Part shown: piece after piece, positions 17,473 through 25,542 of the stretch
Position numbering within the stretch: position 1 is the stretch's first letter
Layout of the letters: each line of letters opens with the position of its first letter
DNA from: Sinorhizobium meliloti
Lineage (GTDB): Bacteria > Pseudomonadota > Alphaproteobacteria > Rhizobiales > Rhizobiaceae
Direction of reading: 5' to 3'
Assembly: GCF_017876815.1 (NCBI RefSeq)
Contig: NZ_JAGIOS010000001.1
Location: 1,770,001 to 1,802,000 of the forward strand
Length of the DNA stretch: 32,000 nucleotides
Position numbers and translations under genes: made by a program
The notes under the pieces: model-generated
The model's database searches: none
Told to the model about the DNA's origin: nothing
What the model saw: only the letters and a program-made list of their open reading frames with translations

Positions 17473-18426
17473 TCAATTGCCGTCCGCGAGCGTATCGCCG
17501 ATGAGTTTCAGCACCGCTTCGGCATCGATTCCGATGCACGCCTGCTGGCTTGGGAAGCCGTCCCAGGCGTTCGGTGGAAACAGGCGTGCATCCGGCTTTT
17601 GAATGGTCTGGCCATCGGCGATGCCGCCGCAAAGCACTCGGATGGCGCCGCTGCGGGTCTGGAAGAGTTCGGGCGCGACGACATAGGCGCAGGCGCAGCT
17701 GTCGTGCACGATCATGCCGTCATCCACATGGTGCTCGTAGAAGTCGATGTAGAATTGCGAGATGTCGGAAAGAAGCCTCGCCGGTGCGCCGCCGCGTTCG
17801 GCGATATCGGAGAGCATGGCACGGCTCATCACCGTCTTCGTCGTCACGTCGAGACCAATGACGGTCACCGGCCATGGCGCCGTCATCACCACATCGGCCG
17901 CTTCCGGGTCGCCGTGGATATTCGCTTCCGCCGCCGGCGTGATGTTGCCGGGAACATCGAAGGCGCCCCCCATGATCACTACCGCCTTGACGAGCGTGGC
18001 GATTTCCGGATCGTCGCGCAATGCGCGCGCCAGGTTGGTCATCCGGCCGACGGCGATGAGCGTCACTTGCCCGGGATTGGCGCGCACCGTGTCGATGATG
18101 AAGCGGTGGGCAGGACGAGGGTCGAGCGGCAGGTCTATCTGCGCCGGCACATCGATATTGCCGAGCCCGTCATCGCCGTGAATGCCTGTCGGCCATCCGA
18201 CATGCGGCCGGCCGGCATCGAGCGTCTCGCCGATGCCCTTGGCGACCGGTGCGGCAATATTCCATGCCCCTTTGAGGAACAACGCATTGCGCGTCGTCGT
18301 CTCGATCGAGGCATTGCCGAAGACCGTGGTGATGCCGACCAGCTCTATCGCCGGGTGACGGTGCAGAAAGAGGAGGGCCATCGCATCGTCGACGCCCGGA
18401 TCCGTATCGAAAATAACCTTGTGCAT
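17473..18426 (-). CDS. nucleoside hydrolase (inosine/uridine-preferring family)
   Basis: The N-terminal VIFDTDPGVDDAMALLFL is the DXDXXXDD Ca-binding signature of IUNH-family enzymes. The 317-aa length is typical. Confidence 0.92.
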   Translation of the reverse strand: MHKVIFDTDPGVDDAMALLFLHRHPAIELVGITTVFGNASIETTTRNALFLKGAWNIAAPVAKGIGETLDAGRPHVGWPTGIHGDDGLGNIDVPAQIDLPLDPRPAHRFIIDTVRANPGQVTLIAVGRMTNLARALRDDPEIATLVKAVVIMGGAFDVPGNITPAAEANIHGDPEAADVVMTAPWPVTVIGLDVTTKTVMSRAMLSDIAERGGAPARLLSDISQFYIDFYEHHVDDGMIVHDSCACAYVVAPELFQTRSGAIRVLCGGIADGQTIQKPDARLFPPNAWDGFPSQQACIGIDAEAVLKLIGDTLADGN

Positions 18427-18447
18427 ACCGCCTCTTCCCTGGTTCCG

Positions 18448-18457
18448 GGGAATTCCC
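18448..18457. promoter_or_regulatory. perfect 10-bp palindrome GGGAATTCCC in a divergent promoter region
   Basis: Read directly from the sequence, 22 nt upstream of the nucleoside hydrolase ATG. Its function is unknown. Confidence 0.2.
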
Positions 18458-18470
18458 GCCTACAGCGACG

Positions 18471-18492
18471 TTGTCCATGGCGCAATGGACAA
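18471..18492. promoter_or_regulatory. perfect inverted repeat TTGTCCAT-N6-ATGGACAA (candidate operator)
   Basis: An 8+8 bp perfect dyad with a 6-nt spacer, in the 199-bp region between the divergent nucleoside hydrolase and hypothetical genes. Confidence 0.3.
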
Positions 18493-18625
18493 GCTGCGGG
18501 CGAAAGTCAATCGCTGACCGCCTGCCGGAGGCTCCGCTTAAACTTTCCGAAAGGTGGTTCGTCTATCTTCGAAGACGCCTGCGGGCCTTTCTTGCGACCC
18601 TTTACGACGACAGCGGAGCCACCAC

Positions 18626-19246
18626 TTGAAGGCCATTCTCAGCAAGTTGCGCCCTTCGAAGCGGCTGGTGATCATCCTGTCCGCCGCCTTCGGGGTCTCC
18701 GCCGCATCCGGCGGTGCCGCGGTCTATGTCGGTCGGGACAAGATACTGACCCGCTTCGCGGGACCTTCCGTTTCCGGTCTCGACTGCACGGCGCTCCGGA
18801 CCTTGAAGCTCGACCATAAGGGGCAGCGTTGGATCCGCATGCATGTGAAGACGGACCGGGCAAGCGGGCCGGATCGGATCAGGACCGCCCTTCGCGTCGC
18901 AGGCGCCCTCGCCAAAAAGGAGGAGGCCGATCTTTATCAGGTGGTCGTGCTCGATGCGGCAGGTCCGGAGGATCGCGCAAGCGTGCGCGGCGCGGCGATC
19001 GGCGCGGAGGTGCTCTTCGCCCCCGGTCCGCGGAGCGTGCCCGGTATGGATGAACCCTTCCGCGCCTCCTATAACGAGGCCGCGGCCAACGCTGCCGGCA
19101 GGTTCCACGGCAAGGTCGTGACGCTCGAACTGGACGACGTCCGCGCCATCATGGCCAAGATGGACGATCGCTCGATGTGCATCGATCCGTCGGCAACGGG
19201 CGATGTCGCGGCCGTTGCGCCGGCCGAGGAGCAAGCGAGTCATTAA
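18626..19246 (+). CDS. hypothetical membrane-anchored protein (no family recognised)
   Basis: The + frame has high GC3 and a protein-like composition. The proposed TTG start at 18626 has a GGAG 7 nt upstream and gives MKAILSKLRPSKRLVIILSAAFGVSAASGGAAVYV, a basic stretch plus a single TM/signal-anchor. The track start at 18554 is a GTG with a less protein-like extension. The competing minus-strand ORF (18602-19312) is Arg/Gly-rich shadow. Confidence 0.65.
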   Translation: MKAILSKLRPSKRLVIILSAAFGVSAASGGAAVYVGRDKILTRFAGPSVSGLDCTALRTLKLDHKGQRWIRMHVKTDRASGPDRIRTALRVAGALAKKEEADLYQVVVLDAAGPEDRASVRGAAIGAEVLFAPGPRSVPGMDEPFRASYNEAAANAAGRFHGKVVTLELDDVRAIMAKMDDRSMCIDPSATGDVAAVAPAEEQASH

Positions 19247-19252
19247 GGGAAG

Positions 19253-19290
19253 AGCCCCTCCCCAACCCCTTCCCACAGGTGGGAGGGGCT
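19253..19290. repeat. GC-rich palindromic element / hairpin downstream of the hypothetical gene
   Basis: AGCCCCTCCC ...18 nt... GGGAGGGGCT forms a perfect 10-bp stem, with an inner alternative stem TCCCAC-AG-GTGGGA. It shares the GCCCCTC/GAGGGGC termini with the element at 17400-17452. Confidence 0.6.
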
Positions 19291-19377
19291 TGACTTGCCG
19301 CGCCTGATCCACCGACTCTCAACGCACCGCACGCTCGGACGCTGCGAATGGCACCGGTCGGGAACCGCGGGCGCCTA

Positions 19378-19402
19378 GCCCCCGCCCCGTGTGGGGACGG
19401 GC
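19378..19402 (-). terminator. imperfect GC hairpin 13 nt downstream of the lysS stop (possible terminator; no U tract)
   Basis: GCCCCCGCCCC-GTGT-GGGGACGGGC gives about 8-9 bp with one bulge. The position is right for termination of the gltX-lysS transcript, but the trailing sequence is not T-rich. Confidence 0.3.
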
Positions 19403-19415
19403 CAGCTCCAAAGTG

Positions 19416-20912
19416 TCAATCGGCCTTCTGGCGGCGGGCCGGGAAGAGGATGATGTCGCGGATCGACGGCGAGTTGGTGAGCAGCATGATCAGCCGGTCG
19501 ACACCGATCCCCAACCCCCCGGCGGGCGGCATGCCCTGGTCCATGGCATCGAGGAAGTCCTCGTCCAGCGTCTTTTCCTTCTCGCCGCGGGCATGCGCCT
19601 GTTCCATCTGCTCGACCATGCGGGCGCGCTGCTCGACCGGGTCGTTGAGCTCGGAAAAGGCGTTGCCGATCTCCCAGCCGTTGCAATAGGTCTCGAAGCG
19701 CTCGACGAGCCGCGGCTCGCCCGGCACCTCCTTGGCGAAGGGCGAGATGTCCTTCGGGAAGTGGATGACATGAGCAGGCTGGATCAAGGTCGCTTCGACC
19801 TTCTCCTCGAAGAGGAAGGCGAGCACTTCGCCCCAGGTCGCGTCCTTCTCGATCTCGACACCGGCGTCGCGAGCCGCCTGCCGGGCCTCCTCGTCGCTCT
19901 TGAGGGCAAGGAAATCGATTCCGGTCGCGTCCTTGACGGCCGCCGGCATAGAGACGCGCGGGAACGGCCCCTTGAAGGAGAGCTGCTTGTCGCCGAACTC
20001 GAATTCCGTCTTGCCGTGAACCGCAAGCGCCAGGGTCTCGAACATGCGCTCCACGAGACCCATCACGTCCTCGTAGTCAGCATAGGCCCAGTAGCACTCC
20101 ATCATGGTGAATTCAGGATTGTGCCGGGTCGAGACGCCTTCGTTGCGGAAGTTGCGGTTGATCTCGAAGACCTTGTCCGTCAGGCCGGAAACGAGAATGC
20201 GCTTCAGGTAAAGCTCGGGCGCGATGCGCAGATACATGTCGAGCTTCAGCGTGTTGTGATGCGTCTTGAAGGGCTCGGCCGTCGCGCCGCCGTAGATCGG
20301 CTGCAGCATCGGCGTCTCCACTTCCATGAAGCCTTCGTCCTCGAGGAATCGGCGCAGGCTCGACACGATGCGGCTTCGCTGCTGGAAGCGCAGCTTCGAT
20401 TCCTCGTTGACCATGATGTCGAGGTAGCGCTTGCGGTAGCGCGTCTCGATATCGGCAAGCCCGTGATACTTCTCCGGCATCGGCAGGAGCGACTTGCAGA
20501 GCATGGTGATCTCTTTGGCGTTGACGGTCAGTTCGCCGCGCTTGGTGCGGCGCACCTCTCCGGTGACCCCGATGATGTCGCCGAGATCGATCATCGGCAG
20601 AAGCGCGCGCGCCTCTTCCGGTGCCGTATCCTTGTGCGAAAAGATCTGGATCTTGCCGGAGGCGTCATGAAGATCCATGAACATGCCGGAATTGCGCGAG
20701 GAGAAAACGCGGCCGGCAACGGTTACCGTTTCGCCGCTTTCGGTATCGGGCTCCAGCCCGGCATATTTCTCCGCGAGTTCCGCATTGGTGAGCGTACGGT
20801 GGAAATGCGCGGGATAGACGTCGCCGATCTGCTGGCGCAGCAGGTCGAGCTTCTGGGAGCGCACTTCCGTCGCGTCGGAGGAGAGGCCGGCTGCCTGTGT
20901 CTTGTCGGTCAT
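19416..20912 (-). CDS. lysS: lysyl-tRNA synthetase, class II
   Basis: 498 aa. An OB anticodon-binding region (VTVAGRVFSSRNSGMFMDLHD) precedes class II motifs (FMEVETPMLQ; FEINRNFRNEGVSTRHNPEFTMMECYWAY; GGLGIGVDRLIMLLT). ATG 20912 has an AAGGA 7 nt upstream and lies 10 nt after the gltX stop. Confidence 0.95.
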   Translation of the reverse strand: MTDKTQAAGLSSDATEVRSQKLDLLRQQIGDVYPAHFHRTLTNAELAEKYAGLEPDTESGETVTVAGRVFSSRNSGMFMDLHDASGKIQIFSHKDTAPEEARALLPMIDLGDIIGVTGEVRRTKRGELTVNAKEITMLCKSLLPMPEKYHGLADIETRYRKRYLDIMVNEESKLRFQQRSRIVSSLRRFLEDEGFMEVETPMLQPIYGGATAEPFKTHHNTLKLDMYLRIAPELYLKRILVSGLTDKVFEINRNFRNEGVSTRHNPEFTMMECYWAYADYEDVMGLVERMFETLALAVHGKTEFEFGDKQLSFKGPFPRVSMPAAVKDATGIDFLALKSDEEARQAARDAGVEIEKDATWGEVLAFLFEEKVEATLIQPAHVIHFPKDISPFAKEVPGEPRLVERFETYCNGWEIGNAFSELNDPVEQRARMVEQMEQAHARGEKEKTLDEDFLDAMDQGMPPAGGLGIGVDRLIMLLTNSPSIRDIILFPARRQKAD

Positions 20913-20922
20913 GGTCTTGTCC

Positions 20923-22380
20923 TTACTTTCCACTGCCCGCCATGGAGGCGACGACCTGCGCGGCGACCTTCAGCCGCTGGCGCACGACCGAACGGCCGAG
21001 CAGTTCCATCGAATCGAACAGCGGCAGCGAGCGCTGCGAGCCCGAGCAGGCGACGAAGAGCGGCGCCACCACGGCTTTCAGCTTCTTGCCCATGCGCTCG
21101 GCGCTGGCGCGCAGCTCCGTCTCGATCGAGTCCTTGTTCCATTCCAGGATCTTTTCGAGATCCGGCTGGACGGTGTTCAGGATTTTGAGCATCTCCTCGG
21201 GCGAGGCCTTCACGCCGGCAAAGGCGGCGGGCTGCAGGCCGAGATCCGACTTGAAGAGGAAGGCGGCGAGATCGGGCAGTTCGCCGAGCTTCGAAATGCG
21301 GGTCTGAGAGAGCTTCAGACCTTCCTTGAGCCGTTCGTTGTCCATCGCCCAGGCGAGGACGCGGGCTGCGAATTCCTCTTCGGAGAGCTTCTCGCGGATC
21401 CAGCGCGCGTTCAGCCAGTCGAGCTTCTGGATGTCGAAGATCGCGCCGGCCTTGGACAGGTTTTCCGGATCGAATTTCTCCGCCAGCTCCTCCATCGTCA
21501 GCAGTTCTTCGCCTTCGGCGATCTGGATGAAGAACAGCCCGAGGAAGTTCATCAGCGCTTCCGGCAGGTAGCCGAGCGCCGTGTAGTAGGAGATGGAGGT
21601 CGGGTTCTTGCGCTTCGACAGTTTCGACTTGTCGGCATTGCGCATCAGCGACAGATGCATGAAGACAGGGGGCTCGAGACCCAGATACTGATAGATCAGA
21701 ATGTGCTTCGGCACCGAGGCGAGCCACTCCTCGCCGCGTGCGACATGGGTGATCTTCATCAGATGGTCGTCGACGACGTTCGCCATGTGATAGGTCGGCA
21801 TGCCGTCGGCCTTGAGCAGCACCTGCATGTCGACGGCTTCCCACGGGATCTCGACATCGCCATAGACGCCGTCGCGGAACTTGCAGGAGCCCTCGGTCGG
21901 GATCTTCATGCGCACGACGTGCGGCTCGCCGGCGTCGACGCGCGACGTCACTTCCTCGGCCGAGAGGCTGAGGCAGAGGCCGTCATATTTCGGCGGCTTG
22001 CCGGCGGCGCGCTGCGCCTCGCGCATCTGTTCCAGCCGCTCGGGCGTGCAGAAACAGCGGAAACCGTGGCCGTTCGCGACGATCTTCTCGACGTAGGGCT
22101 TGTAGATGTCCTTGCGGTCGCTCTGGCGATAGGGGCCGTAGGGGCCGCCGATATCGGGACCTTCCGACCATTCCAGTCCGCACCACTTTAGCGCGTCGAG
22201 CACCTTCTTCTCGAATTCCGGCGTCGAGCGCGTCGCATCCGTGTCCTCGATGCGCAGGATGAATTTGCCGCCGTGCTTCTTGGCGAAGAGATAGTTGAAG
22301 AGCGCGATATAGGCGGTGCCGACATGCGGCTCGCCGGTGGGGGAAGGTGCGATACGCACCCGGACTGCAGAATCTGCCAT
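20923..22380 (-). CDS. gltX: glutamyl-tRNA synthetase
   Basis: VRVRIAPSPTGEPHVGTAY carries the HIGH-type motif and KLSKR the KMSKS-type motif; the protein is 485 aa. The start is the ATG at 22380 (MADSAV). The upstream extension in the track ORF is not protein-like. Confidence 0.95.
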   Translation of the reverse strand: MADSAVRVRIAPSPTGEPHVGTAYIALFNYLFAKKHGGKFILRIEDTDATRSTPEFEKKVLDALKWCGLEWSEGPDIGGPYGPYRQSDRKDIYKPYVEKIVANGHGFRCFCTPERLEQMREAQRAAGKPPKYDGLCLSLSAEEVTSRVDAGEPHVVRMKIPTEGSCKFRDGVYGDVEIPWEAVDMQVLLKADGMPTYHMANVVDDHLMKITHVARGEEWLASVPKHILIYQYLGLEPPVFMHLSLMRNADKSKLSKRKNPTSISYYTALGYLPEALMNFLGLFFIQIAEGEELLTMEELAEKFDPENLSKAGAIFDIQKLDWLNARWIREKLSEEEFAARVLAWAMDNERLKEGLKLSQTRISKLGELPDLAAFLFKSDLGLQPAAFAGVKASPEEMLKILNTVQPDLEKILEWNKDSIETELRASAERMGKKLKAVVAPLFVACSGSQRSLPLFDSMELLGRSVVRQRLKVAAQVVASMAGSGK

Positions 22381-22610
22381 TGTCTTTGCCCGTCTTGACG
22401 TGCTTTCGGGGCCCTTTGCCGGAGTGCTTTCCAGCTTGCGGGCGCGCATTTTATGGGAAGGAAAGGCCCGCAAGGGTTCCGCACCAGCGGTTTAGGCAGG
22501 CAATTCCAGTCGGCAGGCGTGAGACCATAGAAAGCCCTGCATGTCAACGGAAAGCCGCGAGCGGCAATGTCGTCGTCTCGCTGCCCGCAACGAGCAAAGA
22601 TCACCGCGAA

Positions 22611-22632
22611 GGCCCGCATTGCGATGCGGGCC
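22611..22632 (-). terminator. stem-loop GGCCCGCAT-TGCG-ATGCGGGCC downstream of the TerC-family gene
   Basis: A perfect 9-bp GC-rich stem with a 4-nt loop lies 17 nt after the terC-family stop. The flanks are only moderately T-rich on either strand. Confidence 0.5.
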
Positions 22633-22648
22633 TCGTTGTGTCGTGCTT

Positions 22649-23401
22649 CTATTTCGTTCTTGCGGTCTGCCGCTTCATGCGCGCGTTGCGGGCGACCATG
22701 TTGAGAACCTCGACCAGTGCGGAGAAGGCCATGGCCGCATAGACGTAGCCCTTCGGCACGTGGAAGCCCATGCCTTCGGCGATCAGGGTCGTGCCGATCA
22801 TCAGGAGGAAGGCCAGCGCCAGCATGACGATCGTCGGATTTCTCTCGATGAAGTTCGCAAGCGGGTTCGCTGCAACCAGCATGACGGTCACGGCGACGAC
22901 GACGGCGACGACCATGATCGGCAGATGCGGGGTCATGCCGACGGCGGTGATGATGCTGTCGACCGAGAAGACGAGGTCGAGAAGCAGGATCTGGCCGATG
23001 GCGGCCGCGAAGCTGTTGATCGCGGAGCTGGCGATGAAATCCTCCTCATGATCGCTCGGATCGACACTGTGGTGGATTTCCTTGGTCGCCTTCCAGACGA
23101 GGAAGAGCCCGCCGGCGATCAGGATCATGTCCTTCCAGGAAAAACCGTGGCCGAAGGCTTCGAAGACCGGCTGCGTCAGTTGAACGATCCAGGCGATGGT
23201 GCCGAGCAGGGCCAGCCGCATGATGAGTGCAAGGCCGATGCCGATGCGCCGGGCGCTGACGCGGTTTTCCGGCGGCAGCTTGTTGGTGAGGATCGAGATG
23301 AAAATGAGGTTGTCGATGCCGAGGACCACCTCCATTACGATGAGTGTGATGAGGGCGATCCAAGCCTCGGGGCTTTGAGCAAGCGTGAGGATTTCCTGCA
23401 T
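22649..23401 (-). CDS. TerC-family integral membrane protein
   Basis: [22 protein letters not shown] and [17 protein letters not shown] are the duplicated TerC-family motifs. The protein is 250 aa and polytopic. The start is the ATG at 23401 (MQEIL). Confidence 0.88.
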   Translation of the reverse strand: MQEILTLAQSPEAWIALITLIVMEVVLGIDNLIFISILTNKLPPENRVSARRIGIGLALIMRLALLGTIAWIVQLTQPVFEAFGHGFSWKDMILIAGGLFLVWKATKEIHHSVDPSDHEEDFIASSAINSFAAAIGQILLLDLVFSVDSIITAVGMTPHLPIMVVAVVVAVTVMLVAANPLANFIERNPTIVMLALAFLLMIGTTLIAEGMGFHVPKGYVYAAMAFSALVEVLNMVARNARMKRQTARTK

Positions 23402-23567
23402 CGGCAACTTTTCCTTTTCGGGACACGACAGATCGCGCAGTATTTAGGGATACTTGCGAAAGTCGCAAGCGCCGCCGCGCTTTTCGCGGCGACGTTGTCG
23501 GCTCCAGGTGATCGAAAAGGTGGAATTCTCGAAGGAAAGCCGGCTGCACCCGTCCGTGCACCGGAAA

Positions 23568-24407
23568 TCAGCCCTTCAGTGGCACCCAGATCTCGACCGC
23601 ACCCATGCCGGAATGCGGATCGAAGCGTTCGTCGTAGCGTTCCATCAGGTCGGGCAATTCGCCGTGCCGATAGCCGGACTGCGGAAACCAGGTCGTGAAG
23701 ATGTGGTGGGCCGTGTTGGCGATGCCGGAAATGTGCCCGCGATGGACAAAGATCGCGTAACGCTGCCGGGGCAGCTTGAGTGTCGAAAAGCCGCTGGGCA
23801 GCGCCTCGGCGTCCCGTATCTCGGCCGCAGCCATGTAGCGGAAGCGGCCCGCTTCGCCGTCCGACTGGGTGCAGACGCCATAGGCGATATTGCCGTGCTG
23901 ACCGGGAATGCTGCCGAAATAGGCGTTGAAACGCTGCCAGAGGGAAGGGATGCCTTCGGTGCGGTTGTAGTCATAGGTCTCTGCGAGACCGGCGAGAAGA
24001 AGCCCCGGGCTTTCCTCGAAGCGCGGCGGTTCGATTTTCAATGTGCGTGCGTCGTCCATTCTGATCGGCTCCAAAAGCTCGACATTGCGGACGTGCCTCT
24101 GCTTGCGTATCGACTCGGGCGTCACCCCGAACTGCTCGCGAAAGGCACGGGTGAAAGCCTCGTGCGAGCCGTAGCCCGCCTCGAGGGCCACTTCGAGAAT
24201 GCTGGATGTGCCGTTGGCGAGGGCAAGCGCGGCGCCGCTTAAACGCCGGCCGCGGATATAGGCACTGATCGAGCGGCCGGCCGAAAGCCCGAATACGCGC
24301 GAAAGATGATAGCGCGAAAGGCCGGCGGCCGCGGCGACATCATCCAGTGATATATCCTCGGCGAAATGGCTTTCAATGAACCAGATCGCCCTTCCGATGG
24401 CACTCAT
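23568..24407 (-). CDS. AraC-family transcriptional regulator with a C-terminal GyrI-like effector-binding domain
   Basis: The N-terminal HTH pair (LSRYHLSRVF... YGSHEAFTRAFREQFGVTP) is followed by a C-terminal domain with IPSLWQRF...YGV...EIWVPL, typical of GyrI/Rob-like ligand domains. The start is the ATG at 24407. Confidence 0.88.
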   Translation of the reverse strand: MSAIGRAIWFIESHFAEDISLDDVAAAAGLSRYHLSRVFGLSAGRSISAYIRGRRLSGAALALANGTSSILEVALEAGYGSHEAFTRAFREQFGVTPESIRKQRHVRNVELLEPIRMDDARTLKIEPPRFEESPGLLLAGLAETYDYNRTEGIPSLWQRFNAYFGSIPGQHGNIAYGVCTQSDGEAGRFRYMAAAEIRDAEALPSGFSTLKLPRQRYAIFVHRGHISGIANTAHHIFTTWFPQSGYRHGELPDLMERYDERFDPHSGMGAVEIWVPLKG

Positions 24408-24526
24408 CGTCACTCCCTTTGTGGACACGCAAGGTCTTACGGCCTTTCAGGCGAGCGCGTTTGATCGCAATTGCTGGATTGCAGGAAGATGGTACGGCAT
24501 GTTTCGGCGGCAAGGCACCGTCGCTT

Positions 24527-25237
24527 TTACTCCTTGCCGGTCGTCTTTCCGTAGGCGGCCAGGAAAACGCGGATGGCGGATCTGACGTTCTTTTCGATGC
24601 TTTCGGCCGAGACGGCATCGCACATGCCGAAAAGGCGGCCCTTGAACATTCCGGCCATGGCGAGATCGATGAACTGCTTTGCGGCTATTTCCGTGTCTTC
24701 GATCGAGAGCATGCCTGCCGACACCTGCTGGTCGAGATAGGCCTTGAGCACGGTGTATCCGTTCTCCGGCGTCGCAGTGAAGAAGCGCTGCGCCAGCCGG
24801 GGCATCCGGTCGATCACGCCGAGTACCGTGCGCATCGCGCGGATCGTGTAGTCCGACGTTATGCTCGTCACCAGCTTCACGCCGAAAGCGTGAAGCGCCT
24901 CCTCGATCGGTTCATTGCCGTTCAACGACTGCTTGACGCTGTTGACGATAATGTTCCGCTCGCGCGCGATGAGCGCCGTGAACAGGTCTTCCTTGTTCTC
25001 GAAATAGACGTAGAGCGTGCCCTTGGAAACGCCGGCCTCGCGCGTGATGTCGTTCATGCTGGCCGCGTCGAAACTGCTCCGCATGAAAACGCGTTTGGCA
25101 CCGTCGAGAATCCGCTCCCGTTTGACCGGGTCCTCGCCGGCCGCGTGCCGCCCTCCGCCTGAAGGGTTTTCCTGCTGGGGATGCTCCAGCCGATCCTGCA
25201 GGGTCTTTTCCTGCTCTGCGCTCTTCGCTGATACCAT
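24527..25237 (-). CDS. TetR-family transcriptional regulator
   Basis: The HTH ILDGAKRVFMRSSFDAASMNDITREAGVSKGTLYVYFENKEDLF is present. The gene is divergent from emrA-emrB. The ATG at 25237 is the last in-frame ATG upstream of the HTH, but it has no good SD. Upstream in-frame starts (25294, 25321) use rare codons. Confidence 0.85.
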   Translation of the reverse strand: MVSAKSAEQEKTLQDRLEHPQQENPSGGGRHAAGEDPVKRERILDGAKRVFMRSSFDAASMNDITREAGVSKGTLYVYFENKEDLFTALIARERNIIVNSVKQSLNGNEPIEEALHAFGVKLVTSITSDYTIRAMRTVLGVIDRMPRLAQRFFTATPENGYTVLKAYLDQQVSAGMLSIEDTEIAAKQFIDLAMAGMFKGRLFGMCDAVSAESIEKNVRSAIRVFLAAYGKTTGKE

Positions 25238-25370
25238 GGCTGCCGGACGTATCCACTCCTTTGATCGCGCGCGTCGCGGTGACCGCGGACGCATTCTGTC
25301 CAAAATCACTATCGCAGACAATTCCGGGAAAAACTGCGGGTGCGGACAAAACTTTTCGTCAACTTCATCG

Positions 25371-25394
25371 AAATCGAACCGACCGGTTCGATTT
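25371..25394. promoter_or_regulatory. candidate TetR operator 1: AAATCGAACCG-AC-CGGTTCGATTT
   Basis: A perfect 11+11 bp inverted repeat ends 4 nt upstream of the candidate -35 of emrA. Confidence 0.5.
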
Positions 25395-25397
25395 CCT

Positions 25398-25426
25398 CTT
25401 GATATGCGGCGCGAAAGGCTCTATGT
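25398..25426 (+). promoter_or_regulatory. candidate sigma-70 promoter of emrAB: CTTGAT-N17-CTATGT
   Basis: It matches the rhizobial housekeeping consensus (CTTGAC-N17-CTATAT) at 10 of 12 positions with exact 17-nt spacing, and is flanked by the two dyads. Confidence 0.45.
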
Positions 25427-25435
25427 CAAGCTCCA

Positions 25436-25453
25436 TCGAACCGAACGGTTCAG
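25436..25453. promoter_or_regulatory. candidate TetR operator 2: TCGAACCG-AA-CGGTTCAG
   Basis: It has the same half-site core (GAACCG/CGGTTC) as operator 1, with the outer 2 nt degenerate. It lies about 10 nt downstream of the -10, overlapping the predicted transcription start. Confidence 0.4.
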
Positions 25454-25542
25454 TTCAATCTCAATCCAATTGGTGGTCCATGTCCGCTTCCAGCTCTTCC
25501 AGCGCTGCCCGTGTCCGTCCCGTCGGCGATGATTTCGAAGTA

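Noticed and set aside
18602-19312. A 236-aa minus-strand ORF competing with the hypothetical gene at 18626-19246.
   Set aside because: It is Arg/Gly-rich, runs through the palindromic element at 19253-19290, and has no SD. The + frame has the high third-position GC and a sensible signal-anchor N-terminus.
22381-22473. N-terminal extensions offered by the ORF track: gltX to 22473, lysS to 20933 (GTG), cobM ORF from 2559, phaF to 6341, CHASE gene to 14552, AraC to 24428, TetR to 25321, emrA from 25261, phosphoesterase from 28326, hypothetical from 18554.
   Set aside because: The track uses the farthest ATG/GTG/TTG/CTG. The extensions overlap neighbouring genes or operators, use rare codons and lack an SD, and the conserved family N-termini begin at the internal starts reported in the features.
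23402-23567. A yybP-ykoY (Mn2+) riboswitch upstream of the TerC-family gene.
   Set aside because: The conserved cores I remember (GGGGAGUAG, UUGACA..., GAGACC) are absent on the minus strand. It is kept only as an unclassified structured leader in the findings.
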